Below, one piece after another: positions 1-8,260 of a stretch of DNA of 21,881 nt. The stretch comes from Fidelibacterota bacterium. GTDB lineage: Bacteria > Fidelibacterota > Marinisomatia > Marinisomatales > TCS56. The first letter of the stretch is position 1; each line of letters begins with the position of its first letter. The translations under genes were made by a program, and so were the position numbers. The DNA lies in contig JBDRBK010000198.1 of the NCBI GenBank assembly GCA_043822705.1, positions 1-21,881 of the forward strand, read 5' to 3'. The notes beneath the pieces were generated by a model, which saw nothing but the letters and a program-made list of their open reading frames with translations, did no database searches and was not told the DNA's origin.

Positions 1-23
1 CAGTACCCAAATCGTTACCCAAT

Positions 24-1091
24 TCATTCGACATTACCTAATTGCCAACGATCAGTTTTCTGCCAGCGGGCGTTCTGTCCGCGCCCCAGACATTCGACAT
101 GCTCCTGCGCCCGCAGGTTTTTCAATATCTTCCGGATCATATCGATACCGACATTCGGACACTTGTTTAGTAGTTCGGCGACGCTGAAAGAACCTGACGT
201 TTTGTCAATCGCTTGCAGCACCAGGTTGGTTTTCTCACCTTTCGGGCTTTGAAGCTGTCCGAGGCGCTGTTCGAACTCGCAGTAGGCTGTCTTAATAGTG
301 TAAAGAACATAGTTGATATATGGCCAGGGATCGTGGTCGCCGGAATGCCAATTTTGAGAACTCTGCTCCAGAGTTTCATAATACCGTTCTTTATTTTCCT
401 CAATCAGGCGTTCCAGACTGATATAGCGACCAACCTCGAGACCAAAATGGTAACATTGTAAGAGTAGCAGGAGCCTGGAAACCCGCCCATTTCCATCGCG
501 GAATGGATGTATGCAAAGAAAATCCAGATTAAAAGCAGCCAGGAGTACCAATGGCGGTATTATACGTTCCCTGATTGCTTCATTATAGGTTTCCACAAGT
601 TCTTGCATACTGGCTGGTGTATCGGCGGCAGGTACGGTCTTGAAACGAATTCTTGAGCGGCCATCAGGGAAGCATTCGATAATGTCACCATCCTTTTCCT
701 TATATTTTCCAGCTTCCCAATTCTCACCACGTGTCAGACGATGGAGCTTTTGAATCATCGCTTCCGAAACCGGGAGTTTTGTACTTTGCTCGTGTATCAT
801 AGTCAGAGCATTACGATAGCCTCGGACTTCTTCTTCATCCCGATCCCGCAGGAGCGATTTGCCGAAGACAACAGTGGCAATCCTGGTTTGATCGACTGCG
901 ATGCCCTCGATTCGGTTGGAGGACACGGCGCTTTCAATGAGAGCGTGCTCACGAAGCATTTTAAGACGTTGTGGTGATTGCCGGGTAAATAAATCCTGCT
1001 TACCGAGTGCCTCTGCCAAATCCGAAAGATACCAAGCTGTGGTAGTTGGTATGGTTTCGAATTTCCTGGAAAAAAGTCGCAGTGTCATCAT
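24..1091 (-). CDS. Fic family protein (putative AMP transferase) with C-terminal winged-HTH-like extension
   Basis: Fic motif HPFRDGNGRVSR; N-terminal SNRIEG matches the (S/T)xxxE(G/N) autoinhibitory motif of class II Fic proteins. Confidence 0.93.
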   Translation of the reverse strand: MMTLRLFSRKFETIPTTTAWYLSDLAEALGKQDLFTRQSPQRLKMLREHALIESAVSSNRIEGIAVDQTRIATVVFGKSLLRDRDEEEVRGYRNALTMIHEQSTKLPVSEAMIQKLHRLTRGENWEAGKYKEKDGDIIECFPDGRSRIRFKTVPAADTPASMQELVETYNEAIRERIIPPLVLLAAFNLDFLCIHPFRDGNGRVSRLLLLLQCYHFGLEVGRYISLERLIEENKERYYETLEQSSQNWHSGDHDPWPYINYVLYTIKTAYCEFEQRLGQLQSPKGEKTNLVLQAIDKTSGSFSVAELLNKCPNVGIDMIRKILKNLRAQEHVECLGRGQNARWQKTDRWQLGNVE

Positions 1092-1252
1092 GATTTTTTC
1101 CCTCCGTATTGTGGGCGTTCTTCTTTCACTGACATGGGTTTCGGCGTAGCATTGATATCCAGTCGGTAGAGGGCTACCTCAACAACTTCATGCCAGGAAA
1201 AGCGGGCTGAATCTTTGATCGGCTCTTGCATGGTTGGAATTGTAGCACAGTT
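1088..1252 (-). pseudogene. Probable C-terminal remnant of a larger gene (resembles the tail of DUF3883-containing SNF2-type helicases), or a 47-aa ORF starting at 1231
   Basis: Reads NCATIPTMQEPIKDSARFSWHEVVEVALYRLDINATPKPMSVKEERPQYGGKKS*; its TGA overlaps the Fic ATG (ATGA coupling). The family resemblance is from memory and unverified. Confidence 0.4.
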
Positions 1253-1429
1253 AATGTGATCTTGCAATAAAAAAATGGACAGTATGCGAAGTCATACAGC
1301 CTGTTTGTAGTTAATTGCTCATATGGTCTGGGGATTTCTACCCTAGGGCCAAGTACTTCCTGTAAACTCGACGAAGCGATGGATTTCTTAGGAAGAATTG
1401 CAGACGCTTTAAGAGCATTATTATAATGT

Positions 1430-1798
1430 TTATGAAGCAGGATTATTCATACCCAGTATCCGCTTGGCGATTTTACATGCCTCCGCCGCCTTTTCACTGG
1501 CAGCCAACGAATAATAGATATTAGAACCATCGCGCTGCGTTTTCACCAGTTTACGATCGCGCAGATAGCGCAGATGATTGGAAAGAGCCGCCGCGCTCAT
1601 GTCCATCACTTCAGCCAATTGATTTACGCTACAATGATCAATTTCGAATAAAATATAAAGAATCCGCAAGCGCGATAAATTGCCTAACATTTCGAAGGTC
1701 GCGGCCGTCATTTCCAATTCTGGAAAGTTATTCAACTTGACTTTCAAATGGTCCATAACGGCCTGATCCAGGTGCTCACAATGCTGAATTTCCGCCAT
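1430..1798 (-). CDS. ArsR/SmtB family transcriptional regulator
   Basis: FEMLGNLSRLRIL...SVNQLAEVMDMSAAALSNHLRYLRDRKLVKTQRDGSNIYYSL fits the ArsR winged-HTH pattern. Confidence 0.9.
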   Translation of the reverse strand: MAEIQHCEHLDQAVMDHLKVKLNNFPELEMTAATFEMLGNLSRLRILYILFEIDHCSVNQLAEVMDMSAAALSNHLRYLRDRKLVKTQRDGSNIYYSLAASEKAAEACKIAKRILGMNNPAS

Positions 1799-1960
1799 CC
1801 TAATAGTCCCTTTTTAAGACCAGTATGTTTTCCATTGTGCGCAATGTTGTTTATACTGTCTTAAAGTTTACAAATATTTATGCCCTGATTAAATCTTTTC
1901 CGGTTAAACACAATAAAGTATCTTTTATGTTATTTAACGTCTATATGTGAATTTTTAATA

Positions 1961-1990
1961 TTGACAACCACTTTTTACCCTGCATATGCT
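1961..1990 (+). promoter_or_regulatory. Putative sigma70 promoter for the rightward (PolX) gene cluster
   Basis: TTGACA (1961-1966), 18-bp spacer, TATGCT (1985-1990) in the AT-rich divergent intergenic region. Confidence 0.45.
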
Positions 1991-2221
1991 TTTACTACAC
2001 ACAGTTTCTCAAATCGGGAAACAGGAAGAAAAAGTAGTATGAGCTTAATGTCGGATGTGTCATGGGTGAAATGTTTCGTGATTGGGAAAAAGTGCTTGAT
2101 CGTAATTTGATCCTCAGCACCATGAAATAGCCAACACGGTAGGGGCGTCGAATTTCTTTTTATTTGCAACGAAGATAATGTGTAAACACAGCAAAGTAGG
2201 AATAATAAGGAGTGTTGTAAT

Positions 2222-2779
2222 ATGAAAAAATCAATGTCGAGTGATGAAGCCCTTGGTATTGGATTAATAGTGTGGAAGGGGCTGGTGTTAGCTTCGGAGA
2301 AAATGTGCGGATCGCTACTATGGTCGGCGATGAATTTCTTAGGCAGTCTTCGCCGGATGAAGGGGACAGTAGGCGATTTGGACATGGTATTCTTCTTCGC
2401 AGGAATAGATCAGATGGCCAAGATGCCAGAGTTAGTATGCCAGTTCGCATCGACAAGTGCAGATTTTAATTTGGAAATGTGCGGGAATCGAAAAGCGCGG
2501 ATGATGGTTCTCGGTAAACAGGTGGATTTAAGTTTTCACCTGACTAAAGAGACTGGTGCTGCGTTGATTCATCATACTGGCCCCGCAGAGCATAATATCG
2601 CATTGAGACAATTAGCCCAGGATCTGGGAATGTCGTTGAATGATAAGTGCATAACGATAGATGGTGAGGTGCGATACTTCGATCTGGAAATCGACGTGTA
2701 TATGCAGCTTGGGTTAGAATACATCCCGCCGCAAGACCGAACCGGCAATTTGTCCTTGGCTGGTCGCGGGCAATCGTAA
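2222..2779 (+). CDS. Minimal family X DNA polymerase (catalytic and C-terminal subdomains only; ASFV Pol X-like architecture)
   Basis: GSLRRxKxTVGDLD (D52, D54), QVDL (D102), AALIHHTGPAEHNIALRQLA, ExDVYxxLGLEYIPPQDR. RBS AAGGAG upstream; in-frame TAA at 2183-2185 limits the N-terminus. Confidence 0.88.
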   Translation: MKKSMSSDEALGIGLIVWKGLVLASEKMCGSLLWSAMNFLGSLRRMKGTVGDLDMVFFFAGIDQMAKMPELVCQFASTSADFNLEMCGNRKARMMVLGKQVDLSFHLTKETGAALIHHTGPAEHNIALRQLAQDLGMSLNDKCITIDGEVRYFDLEIDVYMQLGLEYIPPQDRTGNLSLAGRGQS

Positions 2780-2886
2780 AAAAATAAAATCTACTTGTGA
2801 ATTATTATACTTGACACGGCGAATTTGGTCTGAAGAATTTATCACAGGTTCAATAACAACCACACACGATAAAGGAATCAGTAGTT

Positions 2887-3030
2887 ATGGGAATCAGATT
2901 GAAGAAGAAGTATAGAGATCGAGTTCAAATCTTTTTCATCATGAATCCGTGGCAAGCAATAACACTAAAAATATTGATAGCGGTGGCGTTGATGTGGTCG
3001 TTTGTTGGCGGTTTTAACATCACACATTGA
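2887..3030 (+). CDS. Small single-pass membrane protein, 47 aa (not in ORF track)
   Basis: MGIRLKKKYRDRVQIFFIMNPWQAITLKILIAVALMWSFVGGFNITH*; AAAGGA upstream; basic N-terminus then hydrophobic stretch; stops 7 nt before the next ATG. Confidence 0.55.
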   Translation: MGIRLKKKYRDRVQIFFIMNPWQAITLKILIAVALMWSFVGGFNITH

Positions 3031-3037
3031 GGGTAGG

Positions 3038-3592
3038 ATGAGCAAACTGGACTTGAGAATAATCAATACAGTCGAAGTCAGATTAGAGGTAACTGGCCTG
3101 AAGGAAAACGAACTTGCAAAAATGGTTTTCCCGATATACGGCGGCGACAGAAAATTAGTTGAGGATCTTGGCCTTGAAGTATACGATTACCTTCCAGGGT
3201 ATCAGGTTATCATTGGCGATGAAGCTTTATGGACGGCTATGTATCAAGAATTGAAGGTATTTCCAGAGACGTTTGCTTTCTGGGATGTCAAGTCCAAATG
3301 GAAGATCGATGAGAATTGTGGTAAATGCCCTTTCGTTGATGAATGTAAGCATAAACAGTGGAAGCAGGTTATGCTGGGTACTAAGCCGGAATGGATAGCC
3401 AAGAAAGAGAAGAAAACGGAAAGTTATAAGACCGAATTAAGTTTAACGAAGTGGGGCGAAGTTGATTACGTTCCAAACCCAACGGGGATGAAGCCGTCAT
3501 TTGAAAGGCATTTGATGGAGTACCGGCTGGAACGTGAAACACGGTTCGATAGCCCATACTATGGTAAAAACGATGGTGGGGCCAGAAGTTAG
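3038..3592 (+). CDS. Hypothetical protein with Cys cluster (CGKCPFVDEC)
   Basis: Long ORF in the co-oriented cluster; ATG at 3038 preceded by GAGGGTAGG. Confidence 0.7.
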   Translation: MSKLDLRIINTVEVRLEVTGLKENELAKMVFPIYGGDRKLVEDLGLEVYDYLPGYQVIIGDEALWTAMYQELKVFPETFAFWDVKSKWKIDENCGKCPFVDECKHKQWKQVMLGTKPEWIAKKEKKTESYKTELSLTKWGEVDYVPNPTGMKPSFERHLMEYRLERETRFDSPYYGKNDGGARS

Positions 3593-3904
3593 GCGGTTAT
3601 ATCATCCCAGGGTGAAGGTGCTGAACGATCGCAACCTGGTTATTCGTGGAATGCGGATTATGTCTGGGATTTACATGGAGTATTAGGGAAAATTTAATTC
3701 TGCTCTCCAGCAGCAGTGCGCCTGTTCAGATAATTCCCGACTGTTTAAGCGGGCGATTTTAAAAGGGGTGAGATGGTGAGGCAAAACATGATGCAAAACG
3801 AGACTTATCCGCAGAATTGTGAAGGAGCCTTACTCTTACATCAAAAACTATCGACAATGAATATCTCGAAGATAATAGAAGTATTAAAATTTGGAGATGT
3901 GTTT

Positions 3905-4555
3905 ATGTACAAAGTACATCAAAATTTTCCCATCCCTGACAAGTACTATGGGGAGCATTCGCCAATACTATCAAAGACGACAGGTAATCGACCTGGTATA
4001 AGTGTTTATACCGAAGGTAGATATGTCACTTACTCAATGGATTTGTTAGTACCGGAAGCGTGGAAATTCGCAAAGGGCTTTAAGATTGGCAATGTGGATA
4101 TTGAGAAAAGGATGTTCACGGCATCATACGATACGCGGGAGCCGGAGGCCGATCGCGCACACAATTTAATTCATCCGATAGAGGTTTTACCTTTTTTAAA
4201 GCCGGATAGGTTTTACGCCAATACGGAGATGAAGGATTTGGCGGATTTGAATATCTATGTGAAGTTTTTTACACCGTGGACTCACTGGACATGGTACGCA
4301 TACGAGTACAATCCGGAGGATAGAATTTTCTTTGGTTTAGTCGATGGATTTGAAATGGAGTTTGGTTCATTCAGCTTAGATGAGCTGGATGAAGTGGTTG
4401 GCCCTGTGGGACTGCGGATTGAGCGCGATTTGCACTTTGGGCCAAAAAAACTTCGGGACATTGCACCGGATCGGTTCTCTAGATATCCAAAGAAGATCAG
4501 CGATGTGACTGAGCCTGAATTGATGGATTTCATAGGTGGTTTGGTAACTATTTAG
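3905..4555 (+). CDS. DUF2958-like domain protein with uncharacterised N-terminal domain
   Basis: C-terminal VKFFTPWTHWTWYAYEY...FFGLVDGFEMEFGSFSLDEL...GLRIERDLHF fits the DUF2958 pattern. Start placed at ATG 3905 after GGAG; the ORF is open from 3773. Confidence 0.8.
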   Translation: MYKVHQNFPIPDKYYGEHSPILSKTTGNRPGISVYTEGRYVTYSMDLLVPEAWKFAKGFKIGNVDIEKRMFTASYDTREPEADRAHNLIHPIEVLPFLKPDRFYANTEMKDLADLNIYVKFFTPWTHWTWYAYEYNPEDRIFFGLVDGFEMEFGSFSLDELDEVVGPVGLRIERDLHFGPKKLRDIAPDRFSRYPKKISDVTEPELMDFIGGLVTI

Positions 4556-4556
4556 C

Positions 4557-4588
4557 CCTTGGCGAACAATTCACATTGTTTGCCGAGG
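4557..4588 (+). other. 14-bp RNA hairpin between the DUF2958-like gene and radC
   Basis: CCTTGGCGAACAAT-TCAC-ATTGTTTGCCGAGG; both non-Watson-Crick positions are G-U pairs on the + strand; no U-tract follows. Confidence 0.65.
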
Positions 4589-4636
4589 TTGCCCGTAGTG
4601 TGTGAATAAAACAGGATTTATCAAGGAGGTTAATGA

Positions 4637-5095
4637 ATGGCAGCTTTGAAGTTGGATACGGTGTCTGATCAATTAATTGAAGCTGAATATCACCGGCGTT
4701 TTTCCATCCAGCCTGGAACTGAAGTCAACAATTCTGATATCGCTGCTCGGCATTTTACGGGGATGCTATCAGGTAATACTGGGAAAGAATGTTTTGCAGT
4801 GATCTTTTTAAATGGTTGCAACAAGTTTATTGCCGGTGAGATCATGTTCAAGGGAACGTTAACAAAAGCCGGCGTATTCCCCAGAGAAATAGCTAAGAGA
4901 TCGCTGGAGATGAATGCTGCAGCGATAATTTGCGCCCACAACCATCCGTCCGGCAACCTTCGACCAAGCCGTGAGGATATTGACGTTACAGCCAGGATAA
5001 AAGCCGCACTTAAAACGGTAGACGTTGCCCTTCACGATCATCTGATAATTGCTGGGGCAGGGAAGTGTAGCTTTGCCGACGATGGGTTATTGTAA
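4637..5095 (+). CDS. radC: RadC-like JAB/MPN domain protein (short mobile-element type)
   Basis: E-x-F-x-VIFLN, GTLTKAGVFPREI, AHNHPSG-x4-S-x2-D, LHDHLII; strong RBS AAGGAGG. Confidence 0.92.
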   Translation: MAALKLDTVSDQLIEAEYHRRFSIQPGTEVNNSDIAARHFTGMLSGNTGKECFAVIFLNGCNKFIAGEIMFKGTLTKAGVFPREIAKRSLEMNAAAIICAHNHPSGNLRPSREDIDVTARIKAALKTVDVALHDHLIIAGAGKCSFADDGLL

Positions 5096-5116
5096 ACAAA
5101 TATTTGATTGAGGTCA

Positions 5117-5602
5117 ATGATGGAAGATGAAAAAGCGATTATAGAAAAGAGTACAGATTATAATTCAATTGTTGACAACTGTGTTGGCAATGTAATTTCT
5201 GAGACAGCAGTTATGCCAAAGAAATATACCCAGCAGGAAATTGATATAATCGCCGAGGCGTTGCGAACGAAGGAAGAATTCACGATCGCAGAAATCCAGA
5301 CGATTGCCAGAGTGTCCCGCCAAACGGTGTATAACTGGATGGACAAGGGGTTGAAGTCGTTCAAGAAGAGCGGAATGCTGTTTTTCAAAAAGGAACATAT
5401 TACTGCATATTTCGATGATTTATTGCAAGTCACGAACTTAGAGAACGAGCCAAGAAGGACAGTGAATGTCCGCCTTGCGTTTTACAATATTATTTCCGGC
5501 GAAGCCAAAAAGAGAAGATGGTCAATGACGAAGATGGTAGATCATATTGTTAGTGCCGGACTGAGAATTTTGGACAATAATGAATCGAAGGAGAAAGAAT
5601 GA
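5117..5602 (+). CDS. DNA-binding protein: excisionase/MerR-like HTH plus possible C-terminal ribbon-helix-helix
   Basis: FTIAEIQTIARVSRQTVYNWMDKGL is HTH_17-like; RRTVNVRLAFYNIISGEAKKRRWSMTKMVDHIVSAGL is RHH-like. Confidence 0.7.
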   Translation: MMEDEKAIIEKSTDYNSIVDNCVGNVISETAVMPKKYTQQEIDIIAEALRTKEEFTIAEIQTIARVSRQTVYNWMDKGLKSFKKSGMLFFKKEHITAYFDDLLQVTNLENEPRRTVNVRLAFYNIISGEAKKRRWSMTKMVDHIVSAGLRILDNNESKEKE

Positions 5603-5967
5603 AATACACAGTAGTGGCGGCGATATTGTCGAAAGCCGGTAGTGGAAAGTACACAGCATTAAATTCCTTCCCAGTTCATAATGTGCGAAAAAACGGGAAA
5701 GGGTTTGTCGCAGATATTCAGCACGGTAGCGGTGAGATAGCAGAAGTTCTGTTAAATCGTGTTAATGAAAGCGGCGGCGGTTATTTTTTGTGCGAGGTGC
5801 TTGAAAGCAATTACCGCTCTATCACCGACGAAGCAATATCAGCGACAGCGGATTTGACTCAATTCCATACTGCCCAGGGTGTAATTGAAGAACCAGCAGG
5901 AGAATTAGGCTTTCTGGACGGTCTTAATGATCTGGATAATTTTTCACTGGAATTAGATGACATTTAG
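5599..5967 (+). CDS. Hypothetical protein with acidic C-terminus
   Basis: ATGA overlap with the preceding gene; RBS AAGGAG. Confidence 0.7.
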   Translation: MKYTVVAAILSKAGSGKYTALNSFPVHNVRKNGKGFVADIQHGSGEIAEVLLNRVNESGGGYFLCEVLESNYRSITDEAISATADLTQFHTAQGVIEEPAGELGFLDGLNDLDNFSLELDDI

Positions 5968-6006
5968 TTTGCCCTAAAAGTTGAATAAAATGAACAGTAG
6001 GACTAA

Positions 6007-6219
6007 ATGAGTGCAATATCATGTTGGGAATGTGTCGGATTATTAATTACCGGGGATCGGTTTGTCGATGACTCTGAGTGCCGGAGCCCCGAAGTGAAGA
6101 AAATTTTGGAAGGGAAAGGTCAGAAATATTTAAGGGCTGAAGGCTTAGACAGAGGATGCCGCTTTGCTGTTGCAAAAGAATCCCCTGAAGCCTTCAGCGC
6201 CATGTTGGATATAATCTAA
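6007..6219 (+). CDS. Small hypothetical protein with four Cys (CWEC...C...C)
   Basis: RBS TAGGA; fills the gap up to the convergent repressor gene. Confidence 0.55.
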   Translation: MSAISCWECVGLLITGDRFVDDSECRSPEVKKILEGKGQKYLRAEGLDRGCRFAVAKESPEAFSAMLDII

Positions 6220-6638
6220 GCGTTTGACGCTATTTCGCTGTCAAGAAATCCTCTGATAAGATCATGTAGTTTTGGATTATGTTTGTGCAATATTACGTGA
6301 TGATGGATTGCCTGGTTTAGGAGGCCATTCTTATATAGATAGTCCATGTCGTTAATAAGCGTTGGACATTGATCTATGTATTTCGATAGGGATTTGTCTC
6401 TGTTATCTTCAGTACCGAAGAGTAAGTAATCCGTCGTGATTTTGAATGTGTTGCATATGCTGATGATTTTATCACCAGACAGTTCGACTTTTCCGCGTTC
6501 TACAAGACTCAGTGTGGACTTTGAGCAGTTGGTCTTTTTTGAGAGATCCCCCAATGATAGGTTGTTCGCCGCGCGAACCCTCTGCAATCGCTTCCCACGT
6601 TGAATGAGTGCAGGATTTGTACTTACAGATTGCTCCAT
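6216..6638 (-). CDS. XRE/cI-like HTH repressor
   Basis: GKRLQRVRAANNLSLGDLSKKTNCSKSTLSLVERGK...ICNTFKITTDYLLFG is a typical HTH_3. Start placed at ATG 6638; the ORF is open to 6770. Confidence 0.88.
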   Translation of the reverse strand: MEQSVSTNPALIQRGKRLQRVRAANNLSLGDLSKKTNCSKSTLSLVERGKVELSGDKIISICNTFKITTDYLLFGTEDNRDKSLSKYIDQCPTLINDMDYLYKNGLLNQAIHHHVILHKHNPKLHDLIRGFLDSEIASNA

Positions 6639-6749
6639 TGATTTAATGATCCCTGTTATGCTGTTAGGAATTCTACCCGTGCTTGCTGCCGTTGTTGCTT
6701 CCGAAGCTGCGGCCGGTGATGGTCCGACATAAGCACAGTGGAAATTATA

Positions 6750-6777
6750 CAATATATTGGACGAAATCAATATATTG
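6750..6777. promoter_or_regulatory. Twin palindromic operator candidates
   Basis: CAATATATTG occurs at 6750-6759 and 6768-6777, between the divergent repressor gene and the rightward operon. Confidence 0.55.
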
Positions 6778-6900
6778 TTTAATGAAAACTGTGTATTAAA
6801 TTGTGGTGTCGACTTTCATGTTCATTATTAACGTTTGCGGACAATGGGAGATAAATTGACACACACACAATTAACAACAACGTTGAAGGAATTGCATATT

Positions 6901-7191
6901 ATGAGTGACTTGGACGGTAGAACATTTGAACAAATTTTCGATGTCATGTTTGGGGGAAATAATTGTGAGTACCCATTATTGAAGAAATTACTGAGAAATG
7001 ATACGTATTATGGCGAGATAGTTTCTTTGATGGCACAGATGCAAGTGATTGGGGTTAGAACAAATCTTTATGAAACTGCTCGAAGTGCAATTATCATGCA
7101 GGTTAACACAGCAGTTAGTCTTGAGCTGCCGGAAGGAAGTATCAGCAGTCCTTCAGTTGCAGTAGTACAATTGAATTCCGAAGCACAGTAA
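6901..7191 (+). CDS. Hypothetical protein divergent from the XRE repressor
   Basis: ATG at 6901 with upstream GAAGGA (alternative start 6844); followed by a terminator. Confidence 0.65.
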   Translation: MSDLDGRTFEQIFDVMFGGNNCEYPLLKKLLRNDTYYGEIVSLMAQMQVIGVRTNLYETARSAIIMQVNTAVSLELPEGSISSPSVAVVQLNSEAQ

Positions 7192-7207
7192 ACATAAAAA
7201 CTGTGAG

Positions 7208-7234
7208 AAACCCGCCCAAGACGGGTTTGTTTTT
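7208..7234 (+). terminator. Rho-independent terminator
   Basis: AAACCCG-CCCAAGA-CGGGTTT followed by GTTTTT. Confidence 0.65.
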
Positions 7235-7299
7235 GTCCGAATAGTGCAACATATTCAACGATTTGTAGAGATAGTTGAATCTTAACAAAGGATAAGGAT

Positions 7300-8250
7300 A
7301 TGCCAATATACCGAACATATTCCGAACTTAGAACGGCTCAAGGTTGCACCCTCGCGCATCACTTGAGGTACGAGAAGAAATTGAGAACCAAGGATTCCGA
7401 CTTTCATTTCTTTCGTGTTGGTGGCGCTGTACATGAGTTTATCGACCAGATGTATAAGTATCACTTTAAGCAGGATGAGATTATCCGGAAGGTACGAGAA
7501 CACTTAAAGCCAGAGCATGAATTCGCCATGCAGTTAGACCCGAACTTTACGCCTGAAGTAGCAAAAATCGAGATGGCGACTGTTGAAGGGCTTCTCAGGT
7601 TATATTACAGAGAATGCTACCTTAAAGAGAATATCCAGATGGTTGAGACGGAAGCTGAATTCCAGCTTGATTTCCATGAGTTTATTTTGACTGGAAAAAT
7701 TGATGGCCGGCTGAAAAACGAAACCGGAGAACATCATTATATCCACGAAATCAAGACTCGTGCTAATGGCTGGTGGGGGCCGAGACAGGTTGCTGATCTC
7801 CCCTTGGATGAGCAGATTAAAATATATGTATTTGCAGCGAACAACGTTTGGAGGGACTCAATTACAAGGGGCGCTCTTTATACGGTATTAATAAAACCCG
7901 GCATCAGACAGAGGGTGAAAGATACCGTGCAGGATTATTGCGACAGGATTATCGAAGAATATACCGATATGGATGGGAAGGATCCCGGGTATTCGGCGGC
8001 CAAGTATCTATCGCGCCACTATGTATATCATTCTACACTGACTATGCAGGAAGTCTACAATAAGGTTATCCAGATGAACCGGGCAATTGTGAACAGGGTA
8101 GAACCGTTCCCCTGGTCGGGGGATCACTGCGGGATTTGCGATTTCAAAGATTATTGCAAAACCGTCGATGGGGCTTCAAGGTCATTGATCCTGGCTAATA
8201 ATTTTGTCATGGGTCAAAGTAAACACACTGAATTAGCATTTGCGATATAA
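7300..8250 (+). CDS. PD-(D/E)XK nuclease, Cas4/AddB/RecB-like, probable 4Fe-4S cluster
   Basis: TYSEL...C near the N-terminus, GGAVHEFI, ETEAEF, LTGKIDG, IHEIKT, QIKIY, and C-terminal CGICDFKDYC. Confidence 0.88.
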   Translation: MPIYRTYSELRTAQGCTLAHHLRYEKKLRTKDSDFHFFRVGGAVHEFIDQMYKYHFKQDEIIRKVREHLKPEHEFAMQLDPNFTPEVAKIEMATVEGLLRLYYRECYLKENIQMVETEAEFQLDFHEFILTGKIDGRLKNETGEHHYIHEIKTRANGWWGPRQVADLPLDEQIKIYVFAANNVWRDSITRGALYTVLIKPGIRQRVKDTVQDYCDRIIEEYTDMDGKDPGYSAAKYLSRHYVYHSTLTMQEVYNKVIQMNRAIVNRVEPFPWSGDHCGICDFKDYCKTVDGASRSLILANNFVMGQSKHTELAFAI

Positions 8251-8260
8251 GGTGAGGAAG

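Noticed and set aside
3..42. Three TACCYAA repeats at the Fic 3' end
   Set aside because: Too short and cut off by the window edge to interpret.
3561..3686. Short ORF (M)VGPEVRRLYHPRVKVLNDRNLVIRGMRIMSGIYMEY
   Set aside because: About 40 codons, no clear RBS or motif, and it overlaps the upstream gene.
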